Part shown: positions 12,235 to 22,924 of the stretch, one piece after another | Layout: each line of letters starts with the position of its first letter | How positions within the stretch are numbered: the stretch's first letter is position 1 | Assembly (NCBI GenBank): GCA_000004985.1 | Contig: GG738850.1 | Direction: 5' to 3' (one strand) | Origin: Naegleria gruberi | Lineage: Eukaryota | DNA length: 64,000 bases | The notes under the pieces: model-generated | What the model saw: the letters and a program-made list of their open reading frames with translations, nothing else | What the model was told of the DNA's origin: nothing | The model's database searches: none | Position numbers and translations under genes: made by a program

Positions 12235-12797
12235 TTTTTTTCAATTAATTTTTATTTAAAAAAAACGTCATCTTTTTGACATTTCTAATAGTATTTGAAA
12301 AAATGGAGGTAGGATGATAACCATGGTTGAGGTTATAAATCCATTTAAATTAAAATATTTAATAATAATCATATAACATAATAATAGAATAATAAAATTA
12401 AAAAGGCTTTTAAATTTTTTATTGTAATTTTTTAGCGCTGAAAAAAAAATGAACTCACTTTTACGTTCCTCGTTAAAGACAACTTCATCATGTCTTCAAC
12501 GTTCTTCTTTTATGAAGACTATGGTTTTCCCGAATATTTCTCATCAAATGTCTTTTTATCATAATAATATTAGTTTATTTAACCAATCAAAACAAGGAAT
12601 TAAAATTGGTGGAGAAGAAATTAATACACAAGCAACAATAACTGAGGAGGAACAACCAATTGTTGAACAAGCTGAAGAAACAACAACAACATGATGAATT
12701 CACTAGTTCTGGACCAGTACGTCTCAGCAATGTTGTTGGTGGAGAAAGTGATCCAAAATTTGAAACATATTCTGCTCCAAGTTTTACAAATCTTCCA

Positions 12798-13181
12798 ATG
12801 GATCAAGTTAGAGAATTAAAATTCGCTGTTGTTCAAATTGGAGGTCATCAATATAAGGTTACTAATGGAGATAGAATTACAGTCAATAGAATTCCAGTTG
12901 AAGTCGGAACACAAATTAACTTGAACAAGATTTTACTTTTAGGTGGTAAGGACTTTACAGCTGTTGGAAGACCAATTGTTGGAAATGCATCAGTTTTAGC
13001 TACAGTTGAACAACATACAAGAGCAGCTTATACTATTGCATTCAAGAAGAGAAGAAGGAAAAATTCTAAACGATTCAAGGGTCATCAACAACAAATATCA
13101 ACTCTTCGTATCGATGATGTTCAACTTGTTGATATTGAATCAGCAAAGAATGCTGAACTTAAGGTTGTTTGTTACGAGTAA
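12798..13181 (+). CDS. Mitochondrial ribosomal protein L21 (bL21 family) core; a possible N-terminal presequence exon lies upstream at 12449..about 12690 in another frame
   Basis: FAVVQIGGHQYKVTNGDRITVNRIPVEVGTQINLNKILLLGG matches the bL21 fold. The upstream ORF MNSLLRSSLKTTSSCLQRSSFMKTMVF looks like a mitochondrial targeting peptide. It is in frame 2 while the L21 core is in frame 0, and no canonical intron joins them. Confidence 0.55.
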   Translation: MDQVRELKFAVVQIGGHQYKVTNGDRITVNRIPVEVGTQINLNKILLLGGKDFTAVGRPIVGNASVLATVEQHTRAAYTIAFKKRRRKNSKRFKGHQQQISTLRIDDVQLVDIESAKNAELKVVCYE

Positions 13182-13255
13182 ATTACACACACATATCTAC
13201 ACATTTATTGAAAAACTTTAAAAATCATAAAAAACGTTTTTGGATGATTCAAAAT

Positions 13256-14110
13256 TTATTGTCTTGGGGGAACTTGTTGAGCATAACTAGGATAGAATGG
13301 AAAGCCTTGTTGTGGAGGTGGTGGAGTTTGATAGGCTGAAGCAGATGTTTGTGAAATAACACCCTTCACTTTCTTTTGTTGAGGTGGTGGTGATGATGAG
13401 GCATTAGTTTCATCTACTTGTTGATCATTATCATCCTCTTCATCATTATCATATTGATCTTCATCATCTTCATCATCAAGGCTTCTTCTCGAAGATGATG
13501 TTGTAGAATTACCCACAAGACCCATTTGAACAATGGTTGGATTGAGTGGAGGTGCTAATGCTTGTCTAGTTGACTTTTTAGTTGGAGAACGAACAGAGGT
13601 TCTGAATGGTTCCGAAGAGAAGGTTAATAATTTCTGATTATCCATCAATATATGTACATTTAATCTGAACCATTCTACAACATTATCGGATGATGTTTCT
13701 CTAAATCTAAAATCAAGTTTAGCCTTTAAATTACCATGTTTTGATAAATCAAATTCTTCCTTTGTTTTTCCTTTTAAAACTCGTTTTCCAGCACGTTCTC
13801 TTTTTACACAAGTTACTTCTACATTTGTACGATCATCTACTAATTCTAATCTAACAAATAATCCACTTAATTGTGTTTGATTTGGAATACAAACTCTTAA
13901 ACCATATCGTATGGAAGTTAATAAATAATTATCCTCATAAAACTTTTCAAAATAATAATTTTTAGTATCAATGACTACATCATCTGGTGATAATAGATAT
14001 CCACCTCCATTGGGATTTATATTAATATCATGAATTTTTATACTAGAACCTGAATAACAACATGTTGTATAGGCTTTGGCTGATTTTTTACTACTATATC
14101 CTTTACTCAT
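13256..14110 (-). CDS. Hypothetical protein with a beta-rich N-domain, acidic DDEDDED tract and Pro/Gln-rich C-terminus
   Basis: Single 284-codon ORF with a real ATG. No domain confidently recognised. Confidence 0.45.
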   Translation of the reverse strand: MSKGYSSKKSAKAYTTCCYSGSSIKIHDININPNGGGYLLSPDDVVIDTKNYYFEKFYEDNYLLTSIRYGLRVCIPNQTQLSGLFVRLELVDDRTNVEVTCVKRERAGKRVLKGKTKEEFDLSKHGNLKAKLDFRFRETSSDNVVEWFRLNVHILMDNQKLLTFSSEPFRTSVRSPTKKSTRQALAPPLNPTIVQMGLVGNSTTSSSRRSLDDEDDEDQYDNDEEDDNDQQVDETNASSSPPPQQKKVKGVISQTSASAYQTPPPPQQGFPFYPSYAQQVPPRQ

Positions 14111-14415
14111 ATTATGTCACAATAATTAGTTTTTTTATCTATGGTACAATGATGACGGAATCAACAGGATCTTGTTGGGTTATTATTGTTGATTGAGATG
14201 CAAGCGGTGCTCTTTTGTTATTTTTTTTAATAATTATTATTTTTGAAATTAAATCTTGTCTGACATATTATGATAATTGAAATAAGAGTCACTCAAAGTC
14301 AATGATGATTAAAGTAACTGATTGAAATTTAGAATAATTTCAAAGCCTTGTTTCTAAATTTAATTAATTGATAATCAATTGATAATTAAATCAATCTAAA
14401 TCAATTTAATAAAAA

Positions 14416-14838
14416 ATGAGTTCAGATCAACAAGTAGCCTATCCAACCATTGTAGAAGAACCATCTGCTACTACTGTAGATGAATCAACACCATCATCAA
14501 CACAATCAACATCTTCATCATCATCGGAACGTTTACCACTCACTCCTCTTAAACCAGCATCAAAAGGTACTCCATTATTAGAAACTGTTAAAAAAGTATT
14601 AGGAAAGGTATCTGTTGTAGTTATTCAACCTATTATTGCTGGCTTTTGTTTTGGTATGTAATCAATTTCATCATCATCATTAATTTAAATTGGAATTTTT
14701 AAAGCCTTTGGACAATTCTTCCTTAGAAAAGTTGTTTATTATACTCATTATGAAAATTTAACTCTCGGACAAACATTAACTAAAGGATGGGAAACTTTCC
14801 TTAAGGATTACATTCACTCAAAAAACAATACTAAATAA
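14416..14838 (+). CDS. Small single-pass membrane protein (acidic/Ser-rich N-terminus, GxxxGxxG TM segment). Two exons: 14416..14653 and 14705..14838.
   Basis: ATG in aaaaaATG context. GTATGT donor at 14654 and ..tttaaag acceptor at 14704 (51-nt intron). The spliced product is ...IIAGFCFGAFGQFFLRKVVYYTHYENLTLGQTLTKGWETFLKDYIHSKNNTK. Confidence 0.45.
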
Positions 14839-15010
14839 TCATGATCATAATTTAACCACAACACACTCAATTAATACAAAATTAATATATATTTATATAA
14901 TATGATAACATTGTTCTTGTTTAATTGATATTGGATTATTAGGGAAATTATTTACATTATAAAGCCTTTTCTAATTTCTTTTCAAATATTTGAAAAAAAA
15001 TGATTAAATA

Positions 15011-16102
15011 ATGATAAATCATTCTTCTTCGTCAATAGATTCATTCATCGGATCAAGTAATTTATTTAATGATAGGGAGGTTGGTAATGGTGATGATTAT
15101 CATTCGGATTTATATTCTTCATCTTCTTCATCTTTTAATCAACCAATGAATCATTCCAATAATATTCATCGTCATCATAATAATAATAATACAGTTGTTA
15201 ATGATAATAGTAATAATAATTTAATTCAACAAGGAAATGTTTCTCTTTTTAATAATACTAGAAATAATCCATTTGATGAATCATTATATTCAACAACACC
15301 TTCATCATCTTTGAATAATAATAATTACTCAATTAATAATCGATCATCATCCTATCAATCTCCATATTCATCTTCTTATCAACCCTATAATAATTACAAT
15401 AATAATACTCCTTACAATAATAATTATAATAATAATTATAATAATAATAATTACAATAATAGTCTCAATAATTACCATACTAATAATAATCTTAATAATC
15501 TTAATAATCTTAATAATAGATATCATAGACTTGATGAAATGGAAAGAAGATTAATATCAGAAAGACAAACCATTAAAATTCTACAAAAATTATTTAATTG
15601 GATTGAATCAACTTATTTATATAAAACATCAATTGAATATGCCAATCAATGGAGAATTAAAATGTCAAGAAATTCATCCTATGTAATGAATGAAAATTTA
15701 CAAACCAATCCAATTGAATCTAATAGATTTTATTCAAATTTTAATCAATCAAGTGCAATTTATTCAAGACATGAATCTTTTATTAGAAGTATAATTGATT
15801 CAATCATTTCTTTTAAAAGAACTTTATTATCTTCTATAAATGGTATAAATAATAGTAATGGTAATGAAACAACAACATCTTCAATTGAATATCAAGATAA
15901 TCAATTAGCACAAGATATTGCTAATAGAATTGATAGATATACTTTACAAGAAAGTAAATATAATAGATTTAATCAATTTAATAATCAACAACAACAACAA
16001 CAACAACAATATAATATAAATATAATGGATAGAATTAAAAGAGTTATTAATTCAATATTACATATATTTAAAATGATATATTATTATTATATAAAGAAAT
16101 GA
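15011..16102 (+). CDS. Hypothetical Asn/Tyr-rich low-complexity protein
   Basis: 363-codon ORF. NNYNNN repeats and a Q8 tract. A C-terminal region of normal complexity reads RYHRLDEMERRLISERQTIKILQKLFNWIESTYLYKTSIEYANQW. Confidence 0.45.
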   Translation: MINHSSSSIDSFIGSSNLFNDREVGNGDDYHSDLYSSSSSSFNQPMNHSNNIHRHHNNNNTVVNDNSNNNLIQQGNVSLFNNTRNNPFDESLYSTTPSSSLNNNNYSINNRSSSYQSPYSSSYQPYNNYNNNTPYNNNYNNNYNNNNYNNSLNNYHTNNNLNNLNNLNNRYHRLDEMERRLISERQTIKILQKLFNWIESTYLYKTSIEYANQWRIKMSRNSSYVMNENLQTNPIESNRFYSNFNQSSAIYSRHESFIRSIIDSIISFKRTLLSSINGINNSNGNETTTSSIEYQDNQLAQDIANRIDRYTLQESKYNRFNQFNNQQQQQQQQYNINIMDRIKRVINSILHIFKMIYYYYIKK

Positions 16103-16162
16103 CATTGATTTTTAAACTCATCAATTATATTTCCATATTTGTAGAATATAATTTTTATAGTA

Positions 16163-16711
16163 ATGAACAACAATTCACAAAAACAAATTGAAAAAAAAAT
16201 GAAACCAATCTATATGGTTATTACAATAATATCAAGTATATTACATTATTTAATGTTTAGACCATATTCATTCATGACAGCATTTAAATTATATTTTATG
16301 GTAATTCATATTGGTGTTTGTTCTTCTATACGTGGAATTAATCATTTATTTAAAAAGCATGATAAAATAGATTTAACTAAAAGGAGTATTTATGAAAAAC
16401 AAGTTGGATGTGCTCATCTATCTTTGGGTATTTTAGGTTTATTATGTTTAGTAATGGGTAATAGTTTTGAATATTTATGTGGAATTGCTATTGTAATGAG
16501 TGTTTTTCATATTGGATGTGGTATTTTACAAGGAATTGATTCTATGAATACTACTACTACTACTACTTCTAATGGAACTAATAGGAAGGATGATTGGTTA
16601 TTACACTTGTTATATAATAGTGTATTTGTACCTTGTTTAACTATTTTAATGGTTTATTCTACTCCAAGTTATTATCAAACTACTTTTGCACCTCCTTCTA
16701 CATTTGAGTGA
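16163..16711 (+). CDS. Hypothetical multi-pass (about 4 TM) membrane protein. Alternative start at 16199 (aaaaaaaaATGaaacc).
   Basis: ORF with hydrophobic segments ISSILHYLMF, LGILGLLCLVMG, CGIAIVMSVFHIGCGIL and FVPCLTILMVY. Confidence 0.45.
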   Translation: MNNNSQKQIEKKMKPIYMVITIISSILHYLMFRPYSFMTAFKLYFMVIHIGVCSSIRGINHLFKKHDKIDLTKRSIYEKQVGCAHLSLGILGLLCLVMGNSFEYLCGIAIVMSVFHIGCGILQGIDSMNTTTTTTSNGTNRKDDWLLHLLYNSVFVPCLTILMVYSTPSYYQTTFAPPSTFE

Positions 16712-16861
16712 GAGAATGAGATAGAATCTATATATGTTTCTTTACTATTTTTCCTATTATTCTTGATTTCTAATGATGATATCAATCCATTCTTTTCAAT
16801 AAAATGATAATTTGAAAGAAATATAGAGTCATAATTTAGATTTGTCATTCAAAAAAGATTT

Positions 16862-16974
16862 GATGATCTGTAGGATTCGAACCTACGAAGCTTATGCTAA
16901 CGAGTTTGATTGCCGTACAATCCATTGAAACATGAATCAATATTGTGTCGCCTTAACCACTCGGCCAAGATCAC
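16862..16974 (-). tRNA. Class-II (Ser/Leu-type D-arm) tRNA-like gene, 113 nt, intron-containing; anticodon ambiguous (UGA/Ser is the best guess)
   Basis: The reverse complement is GTGATCTTGGCCGAGTGGTTAAGGCG...GTAGGTTCGAATCCTACAGATCATC. It has a 7-bp acceptor stem with G1-U72, a GGCCGAGTGGTTAAGGCG D-arm, a canonical GGTTCGAATCC T-arm, and a T6 terminator immediately 3'. A perfect ACAAT/ATTGT stem flanks a 20-nt spacer that contains TGA. The remaining variable region, about 29 nt, is longer than usual. Confidence 0.55.
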
Positions 16975-17486
16975 CAAGTTTCAACGCCTAACAAATTGAT
17001 TAATTGATTAAAACTTCAAATTCAGAAGTGCATAGTTTTTTGTTCTATTTTGTTAGAAACGCATTTTGGGCGATTTTCAAATGAATTATTCTTTCAAATC
17101 GATCTGAAGGTATGAACGCACCTCAAAGCATCAGTATGGATTCCTGATTTTATGAACTTTCTATGTTTTCTCAATTAATTGAATCGTTTCTTAAAGAAGT
17201 ATCTGAGGGAAACAACATCATATAGTGCGAAATTCTTTAATGAACACCTTACTATTTTAATGTTAGAAAGAGAATTTTACTCTTGAACACATAAGTCTTA
17301 GCACATATGATAATTACCATGTCTTGGTCAACCAATATTTTTAGAACATATATTTATTGTAAAGATTACGGAAAACATAACCAATAGCTTTCAAACGTTA
17401 CAACATGCCATTTAAATTCGTTTGAAGGATTTGAACCAATCAAAATGAGATGACAAGGTCATTTTCTACAATATCACCAATCTCAT

Positions 17487-18179
17487 ATGGATTCATCTCT
17501 TAAAAAAATGGTTGCAAGGATTTCTGCCAATTTAATACTCCTTCTATTCTTGTGCACGGTTTCAGTTTTGCATGTGGTGTTGGCCTCTCGTCCAAATTGT
17601 GCAACTCCATTGAATACTAAAGGATCTAACACAGTTGACTCTTTTGGCAGACAGACATTGATTAATGATTTTGAAGATCATCATATTCATATTCAGCAAA
17701 CTAAATCTCATCTTGGTGGAAAGAGTGTCAAAGTTTTGAGTTCCTTGTCTACAAATTTTGGGTTTATTTCAAATTTTATTGCTAAAATTTCCTTCAACTC
17801 TTTACCTCCAACTACATTTAATGGAGTTCTTGGACCAACTAATGCAAATATTCCACAAGTTGCATTTACATCAAGTGCTAATGTAAAATGTTATGCATGT
17901 CAAGTGGCATGTGAAAAGGCATGGGCTGGATTGTCTAATACTCCAGTTTTTGAAAGATGTCCACACAAGTACTTTTATTATGGATGTGATAGACCTTGTT
18001 ACTCAACATCATCTGCTTCAGAACAAGATATTGCACAAATGATTGCCATATGTAGAGTTAGAAACAAGTGTGCCTTCAATCATAAAATTATTAAAAAATA
18101 CAGAAAGGGAAGTAATAAGAATATTATCCCAAATGTTATCAAAGGAATTAGATCTGTAAATGAATCAACCAGAGAATAA
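17487..18179 (+). CDS. Secreted cysteine-rich hypothetical protein (signal peptide ILLLFLCTVSVLHVVLA, 10 Cys in the C-terminal half)
   Basis: 230-codon ORF with a true ATG. No homopolymer tracts. Codon usage is more GC-rich than in the flanking genes. Confidence 0.45.
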   Translation: MDSSLKKMVARISANLILLLFLCTVSVLHVVLASRPNCATPLNTKGSNTVDSFGRQTLINDFEDHHIHIQQTKSHLGGKSVKVLSSLSTNFGFISNFIAKISFNSLPPTTFNGVLGPTNANIPQVAFTSSANVKCYACQVACEKAWAGLSNTPVFERCPHKYFYYGCDRPCYSTSSASEQDIAQMIAICRVRNKCAFNHKIIKKYRKGSNKNIIPNVIKGIRSVNESTRE

Positions 18180-18311
18180 TAACAAAATATTGTTTGATAA
18201 AGATTAATCTTCCTTTTGCTCTTCTCAATACAAAAACTTCACTTTTTAAATCAGAGAGTTATAGGAAGTTTCAACGAAATGGAACATATCGAAATTCAAA
18301 TCAGATGCTAA

Positions 18312-19535
18312 TCAATTTTTATGAGTGAATATTGAAATATCTGTCAACAAGTTTTGTTTTACAATTGAAAAACCTTTCAACTTTTGTGTAATGAAATGAT
18401 TGTGAGAAGGTAATTGTAAAGCAAGAATTTTGTCTGTTGAAATTACCTCGGTAGGTTCATAATTGGTTTCATCTGTATGAAAAATCAATATTATTCCCTG
18501 TTCTGTTATTGTAAAGAGATTAAAACCCAATGATTGCATGAATTTGAATTCAACTTGATTAAATCTTTTTAAGCTTTCTCTGTGTAATTCATATTCATTG
18601 TGATTGTCAAGATTAATTGTTGAAATTGACTGTTCAGTTAATACAAGTACTTGATATCTCATAGCAGAAAAACCAATATCACAAACTTTTGAATGTGAGT
18701 GAAATATATTTAACTCTCATAACCTACCTCTATATTTTGGATTCGAATAGCTATGTATTACTGGAATATCGTTTCCCATAGAAGGTTCAGATAAAGTTAA
18801 ACCATCATGAAAACAGGTAATGGAAACAGATGCATCTGGGGAATAAACACTCAGAATTGGGTTTCTATCCATCTGATGAAAGTGAACTAATTGTAAAGTA
18901 TTACAATATGGAGTCAACATGAATTTTGAAATAAACTTTCCAGTCCAAAACACAGAAAAGTGACTAAAACAGGAAATTGAGCTCACCAAATGAACATTTC
19001 CGACTTGTATGCTATTATTGTCTATTATTTTTGGTAAAAAGTCAACCAGATCAAACATTTCACTAAGAATGAATTCACTTTTTAAATCCAATTTTGCAAC
19101 CTTTCCACTCTCAAATATCACAAGCATCATTTCTTCTCCTAAAACATGTACTCTAATGATATCTCCACCACCTAAACTACTACCTCTACTACCACCACCA
19201 CAACTAGTGATGATAGGTTCTAAATAGTGTGAAAGATTCTTCTTAACTTTACCACTGAGTGAATCAATGATGGAAAGTTGATTTTTACTCCAACAAGCAA
19301 TGACACTTGTTTGTCCCATAATTATCTCAACAAGACCCAATACGGCTTGTGAAAGTACCTTTTCAACATGTTCCTTTCTATCCTCAACTACCACAACAGT
19401 CTGGGAATTATTCCGATAGGAGATTTTAGAAACATTTCCATCTTGATGTCCAACATAAATTGAATAGGCTCTTGTTGATGCCTCTGTTGTGTTGTTTGTG
19501 ACTAGAAAACTGGTGATGGGAGCGTGTTCTAACAT
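18312..19535 (-). CDS. Hypothetical protein (beta-propeller-like composition). Two exons: 18728..19535 and 18312..18685.
   Basis: Two ORFs lie in the same frame separated by a single TGA at 18717..18719. The segment 18727..18686 is GTAGGT...AAAG, 42 nt, and removing it gives ...NPKYRVCDIGFSAMRYQVLVL.... Confidence 0.5.
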
Positions 19536-20073
19536 TTCATTTTTTTAAATAATTTATTAGTGAAGAATATTTAGTTTTTACAATAAAGTTCTAAACATGT
19601 TCCTGTGAATGATGAAACAAAATGAGATTTTTCACTTGTGCATTATTTTCTTTTGACGTCAATTATATATGTTTGTAAAGTTAAAGACAGAAAGTCCATA
19701 CTCTCAAATTGTCCTTGTTCTTCAGTCTATGTACCATTTCATCACATATTGAGCTTTTTTCACATTATCTTGCTATTTGTGATTTGATGTTTAGTGCCAA
19801 TAATGTGAAAGGATATGTAGATAAGAACGGAAAAAAGGTTGATATTTTGATTTCCATTCACTTCAATGTTATTCATTGTCGATGAAGGTAAAGGTTTTGT
19901 CCAAGAACCTGATTCTTCATATGTTGTCTTTCCAGGTTGGCAACAATTAGCTTGCTCACCAGGAATTGGAGATAATAATTTCTAAAGTATGTAACGATAG
20001 TTTCAAACCTTAATTCCAATCCGCTTTGTTGTTCTTTTAAATATTATTAATGGATATGATACCTATTAAGGCA

Positions 20074-21804
20074 TTATTCATTGCACGTATCGTAAAATCT
20101 GGAAGCACTGAATGTTCCAATGGAAGCTACACAATCATGATCATCATAAAATTCCTGGATAACCTTGTGATTAGCACCGTGTATACTACCATCATCTCGT
20201 GGGTCAAGATTTGTCTCAACAACTACATATTTCAAACATTTTGATAATTGACTCAATTTGGAAGTAAACTCACACATATTGATCCAACCATTAGTGTACC
20301 TTGAATTATAATCAAATAAGATATCAATATTGTGTAGCTGTTTGAGAAATTCTATCTGATGGAACAAGTATTCACTACTTGAAAACCCAGACAAGACTAA
20401 ATATTTCAAATTCGGTAATACCGTTGGTGATACGAGATTTTCTAATATTTGTCGAATTCTTTTTTCTGCTTCTGCCCTTCGTTCGTTATCATAGTAATAA
20501 TCTTCATACCCAAAACTAATTCTCAAATATTTCACTCCTGGAAATGTGCATCCATTAAAAACCAATCCTTGCTGTTTTTTACTCCAATCAAAACAATCAA
20601 TCGATAGAAATCTAATACTGGTTGGAAACTCAAAATTCTTTAGAGGATCCAAATGGAAAACATTTACAAAACTCAAGAGTATTGATCCTGACAATCTTTC
20701 CCTTAGTTCCTTCTCTTCAATAGGTTCAGGCAAATTTGTATTTGACTGCTCACTAGTAGTAGTAGTAGTAGTAGCAGATCTAGTATTGAACCATCCACCA
20801 TACTTGAAAAGTAATAATAATGGTGATGCCAATACAAAGTATGAACTCCAATACGACGACAATAGGGCTAGTAATACACAACAAATATAAATGATACCAT
20901 TATTGTTATGAATTTTTGTTTTTGTTTCAGGAATAATCTTACCATTCGATTCTTTTTTTGAAAATTCTTGATTATTGGTGTTATTTTTCACAAATTGATA
21001 CCAACCACTCGATGATTCAATTCTAATTCCTATTTTCCTTTCCATTAGTTTTTTTCCAACCAATATCTTTACCTGAGACATGTAAGACTTGTTAGGCCAG
21101 TATTCCATATATTTTTCTGGTAGTAGATCATTTTCATGAGTTTGATACTCGCTTGAAACCTCTGAGCTCATAAATTTGTACATTTCAAGAGATAGAATTA
21201 GGGATTGAGTTAAAAACATGTCGAATGAAGATCCACTAGGCTTGTAATACCTTTCATAATCATCAAAGGAAATATTAAATCGGTTCAATCTTGATTGAAT
21301 CATTTCTGTACAAGTACTTTCATCACGATAAATATCCATATTCAAAGGATTGTCCAATGTAGTTGTTAAATTATTGTAATCTACTGCTTTTGATTTTCCT
21401 CTTTCTATTCCTTGAATAATGGCTTGAATTCTATAAGATTCATCCATCTCTATAGCATTCAAATCTCCTGTACATAAATTCAATTGATCAAAAGTTCTAG
21501 TCCTAATCCAATACGAAACCTTCTGATAAAAAACAAATCCATTCAACCAAAACCTTTCAAAAGTCTCATCACTATTTCCCATAATTAAATTCCTCATCTT
21601 TTGATTAATATTCGCAAATTGTTTGAGTGATTTAATATTTTCAAATGGTGGTATGAATGTTTTAACTTGTGCAACAAGTCTAATATCAACCCTATTGAAC
21701 CAATTCAAATCACCAACCAAAAACATTACAATCTCTCCGATAATCTCCTTCGGCAATTGCTCAAAGTGACTGTGGCAAATTTCCTCCGTGTGATTTGAAA
21801 GCAT
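20074..21804 (-). CDS. F-box-like domain protein with a central hydrophobic segment and C-terminal LRR-like region
   Basis: 576-codon ORF. The N-terminus reads LPKEIIGEIVMFLVGDL (F-box-like). IIYICCVLLALLSSYWSSYFVLASPLLLLF is a predicted TM segment. It contains a single T7 tract. Confidence 0.5.
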   Translation of the reverse strand: MLSNHTEEICHSHFEQLPKEIIGEIVMFLVGDLNWFNRVDIRLVAQVKTFIPPFENIKSLKQFANINQKMRNLIMGNSDETFERFWLNGFVFYQKVSYWIRTRTFDQLNLCTGDLNAIEMDESYRIQAIIQGIERGKSKAVDYNNLTTTLDNPLNMDIYRDESTCTEMIQSRLNRFNISFDDYERYYKPSGSSFDMFLTQSLILSLEMYKFMSSEVSSEYQTHENDLLPEKYMEYWPNKSYMSQVKILVGKKLMERKIGIRIESSSGWYQFVKNNTNNQEFSKKESNGKIIPETKTKIHNNNGIIYICCVLLALLSSYWSSYFVLASPLLLLFKYGGWFNTRSATTTTTTSEQSNTNLPEPIEEKELRERLSGSILLSFVNVFHLDPLKNFEFPTSIRFLSIDCFDWSKKQQGLVFNGCTFPGVKYLRISFGYEDYYYDNERRAEAEKRIRQILENLVSPTVLPNLKYLVLSGFSSSEYLFHQIEFLKQLHNIDILFDYNSRYTNGWINMCEFTSKLSQLSKCLKYVVVETNLDPRDDGSIHGANHKVIQEFYDDHDCVASIGTFSASRFYDTCNE

Positions 21805-21952
21805 TTTTTTTTGAATTTTATTTTGAAGTGTGAAATCTTAAATGTAGCTTTCAAGAAATTCAAGATTTTTATGAAAGTCAATATCGAAAAAGCATTTGGC
21901 AAAGGATATAGAAAGAGAGTTTACTTTACAAATTTCTACAAGTTTTATGAAA

Positions 21953-22924
21953 TTATTGTTTTGGATTAATTTCGAATAAATCTCTTTCACTTGTTCCCAT
22001 TACAAATACTTTTTCAAATCCCTTATTATATATTGTATAAAGAAATTCCTTCACACATGCATCTGAATTAATCATTTCCTTACTCAATCCAATTTTTTCC
22101 ATTACTTCCTTAATTATATTCTTATCTGAATTGGTAAATCTTTTTATCCAACTTCCTTCATCTGTTTCTTGGTTTTGGCTTAAAATTTCAGTTTCAACAA
22201 GTGTAACAGTTCCTTCATCCATTGTAATTTTGTTTGATCTAAGTAAATCTCCATTTCCATTTCCGTAATCACATCTATAAACTGTGAAAAATAATTTGGT
22301 CAATTGGGTAGTTCCTTGAATGTTTGCAATAGTAAAGTTAATTTCTACATCTGATTGATCGTAGGAATATGTGGAAATATCGAGTTTTTCAATAAAAATG
22401 AAAGGTGAAACGAGACGAATCATTTCTGAAATTAATTCATCATTGAATTCATTGAGGATAGCAGGATTATAAACATAGGTTTGTTCATATTTGTATTGGT
22501 CCCACTCTGTTAAATGATCAATTGTATTTCTCGCAAGGAATGAGTTTCGAATGCAATTCAACATGAAACTATTCTTGTCATCCTTATTTGGAAATTCAAT
22601 TTCAATCTTTTCATCATTGCCTCTTGCTTTCATTGAATTCTCCAAATTTTTAATCATGAATTGATTCCAAAAATCAGAAGCATTCACAAAACCATCATTC
22701 CAATCTTTGCAAACTAATCTTAACGAAACTAAATATGAAAGCCTTTGCCAACTTGTTTCTGCAATAGATTCTTCTGTTTCTTCCTCAATTGGTTCTTTGT
22801 CGGAATATTCTTCTTCAGCACCATCGAGGTTCACAGGTTTTTTTGGAGTTTTTTCTTCCACAAGGAAAGGAATAACTTCATATAAAAACACACCACTGGA
22901 TAACAGTAATTGGATTGCTGACAT
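21953..22924 (-). CDS. F-box-like hypothetical protein
   Basis: The ATG is the reverse complement of 22922-22924 in aaaaaaaATG context (MSAIQLLLSSGVFLY). WQRLSYLVSLRLVCKDWNDGF matches the F-box core (LR.VCK.W). The gene diverges from the kinase gene across a 310-bp shared upstream region. Confidence 0.5.
   Translation of the reverse strand: MSAIQLLLSSGVFLYEVIPFLVEEKTPKKPVNLDGAEEEYSDKEPIEEETEESIAETSWQRLSYLVSLRLVCKDWNDGFVNASDFWNQFMIKNLENSMKARGNDEKIEIEFPNKDDKNSFMLNCIRNSFLARNTIDHLTEWDQYKYEQTYVYNPAILNEFNDELISEMIRLVSPFIFIEKLDISTYSYDQSDVEINFTIANIQGTTQLTKLFFTVYRCDYGNGNGDLLRSNKITMDEGTVTLVETEILSQNQETDEGSWIKRFTNSDKNIIKEVMEKIGLSKEMINSDACVKEFLYTIYNKGFEKVFVMGTSERDLFEINPKQ

Noticed and set aside
15011-16711. 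Merging the Asn-rich ORF (15011..16102) with the membrane-protein ORF (16163..16711), which share a frame
   Set aside because: A stop lies between them and no plausible intron exists. The only candidate is a 20-nt GT..AG. The second ORF has its own A-rich ATG contexts.
18717-18719. TGA as selenocysteine or programmed readthrough
   Set aside because: A GTAGGT...AG segment of 42 nt neatly removes the stop, and the same donor type is used at 48317. No SECIS-like element was looked for, and none is needed.
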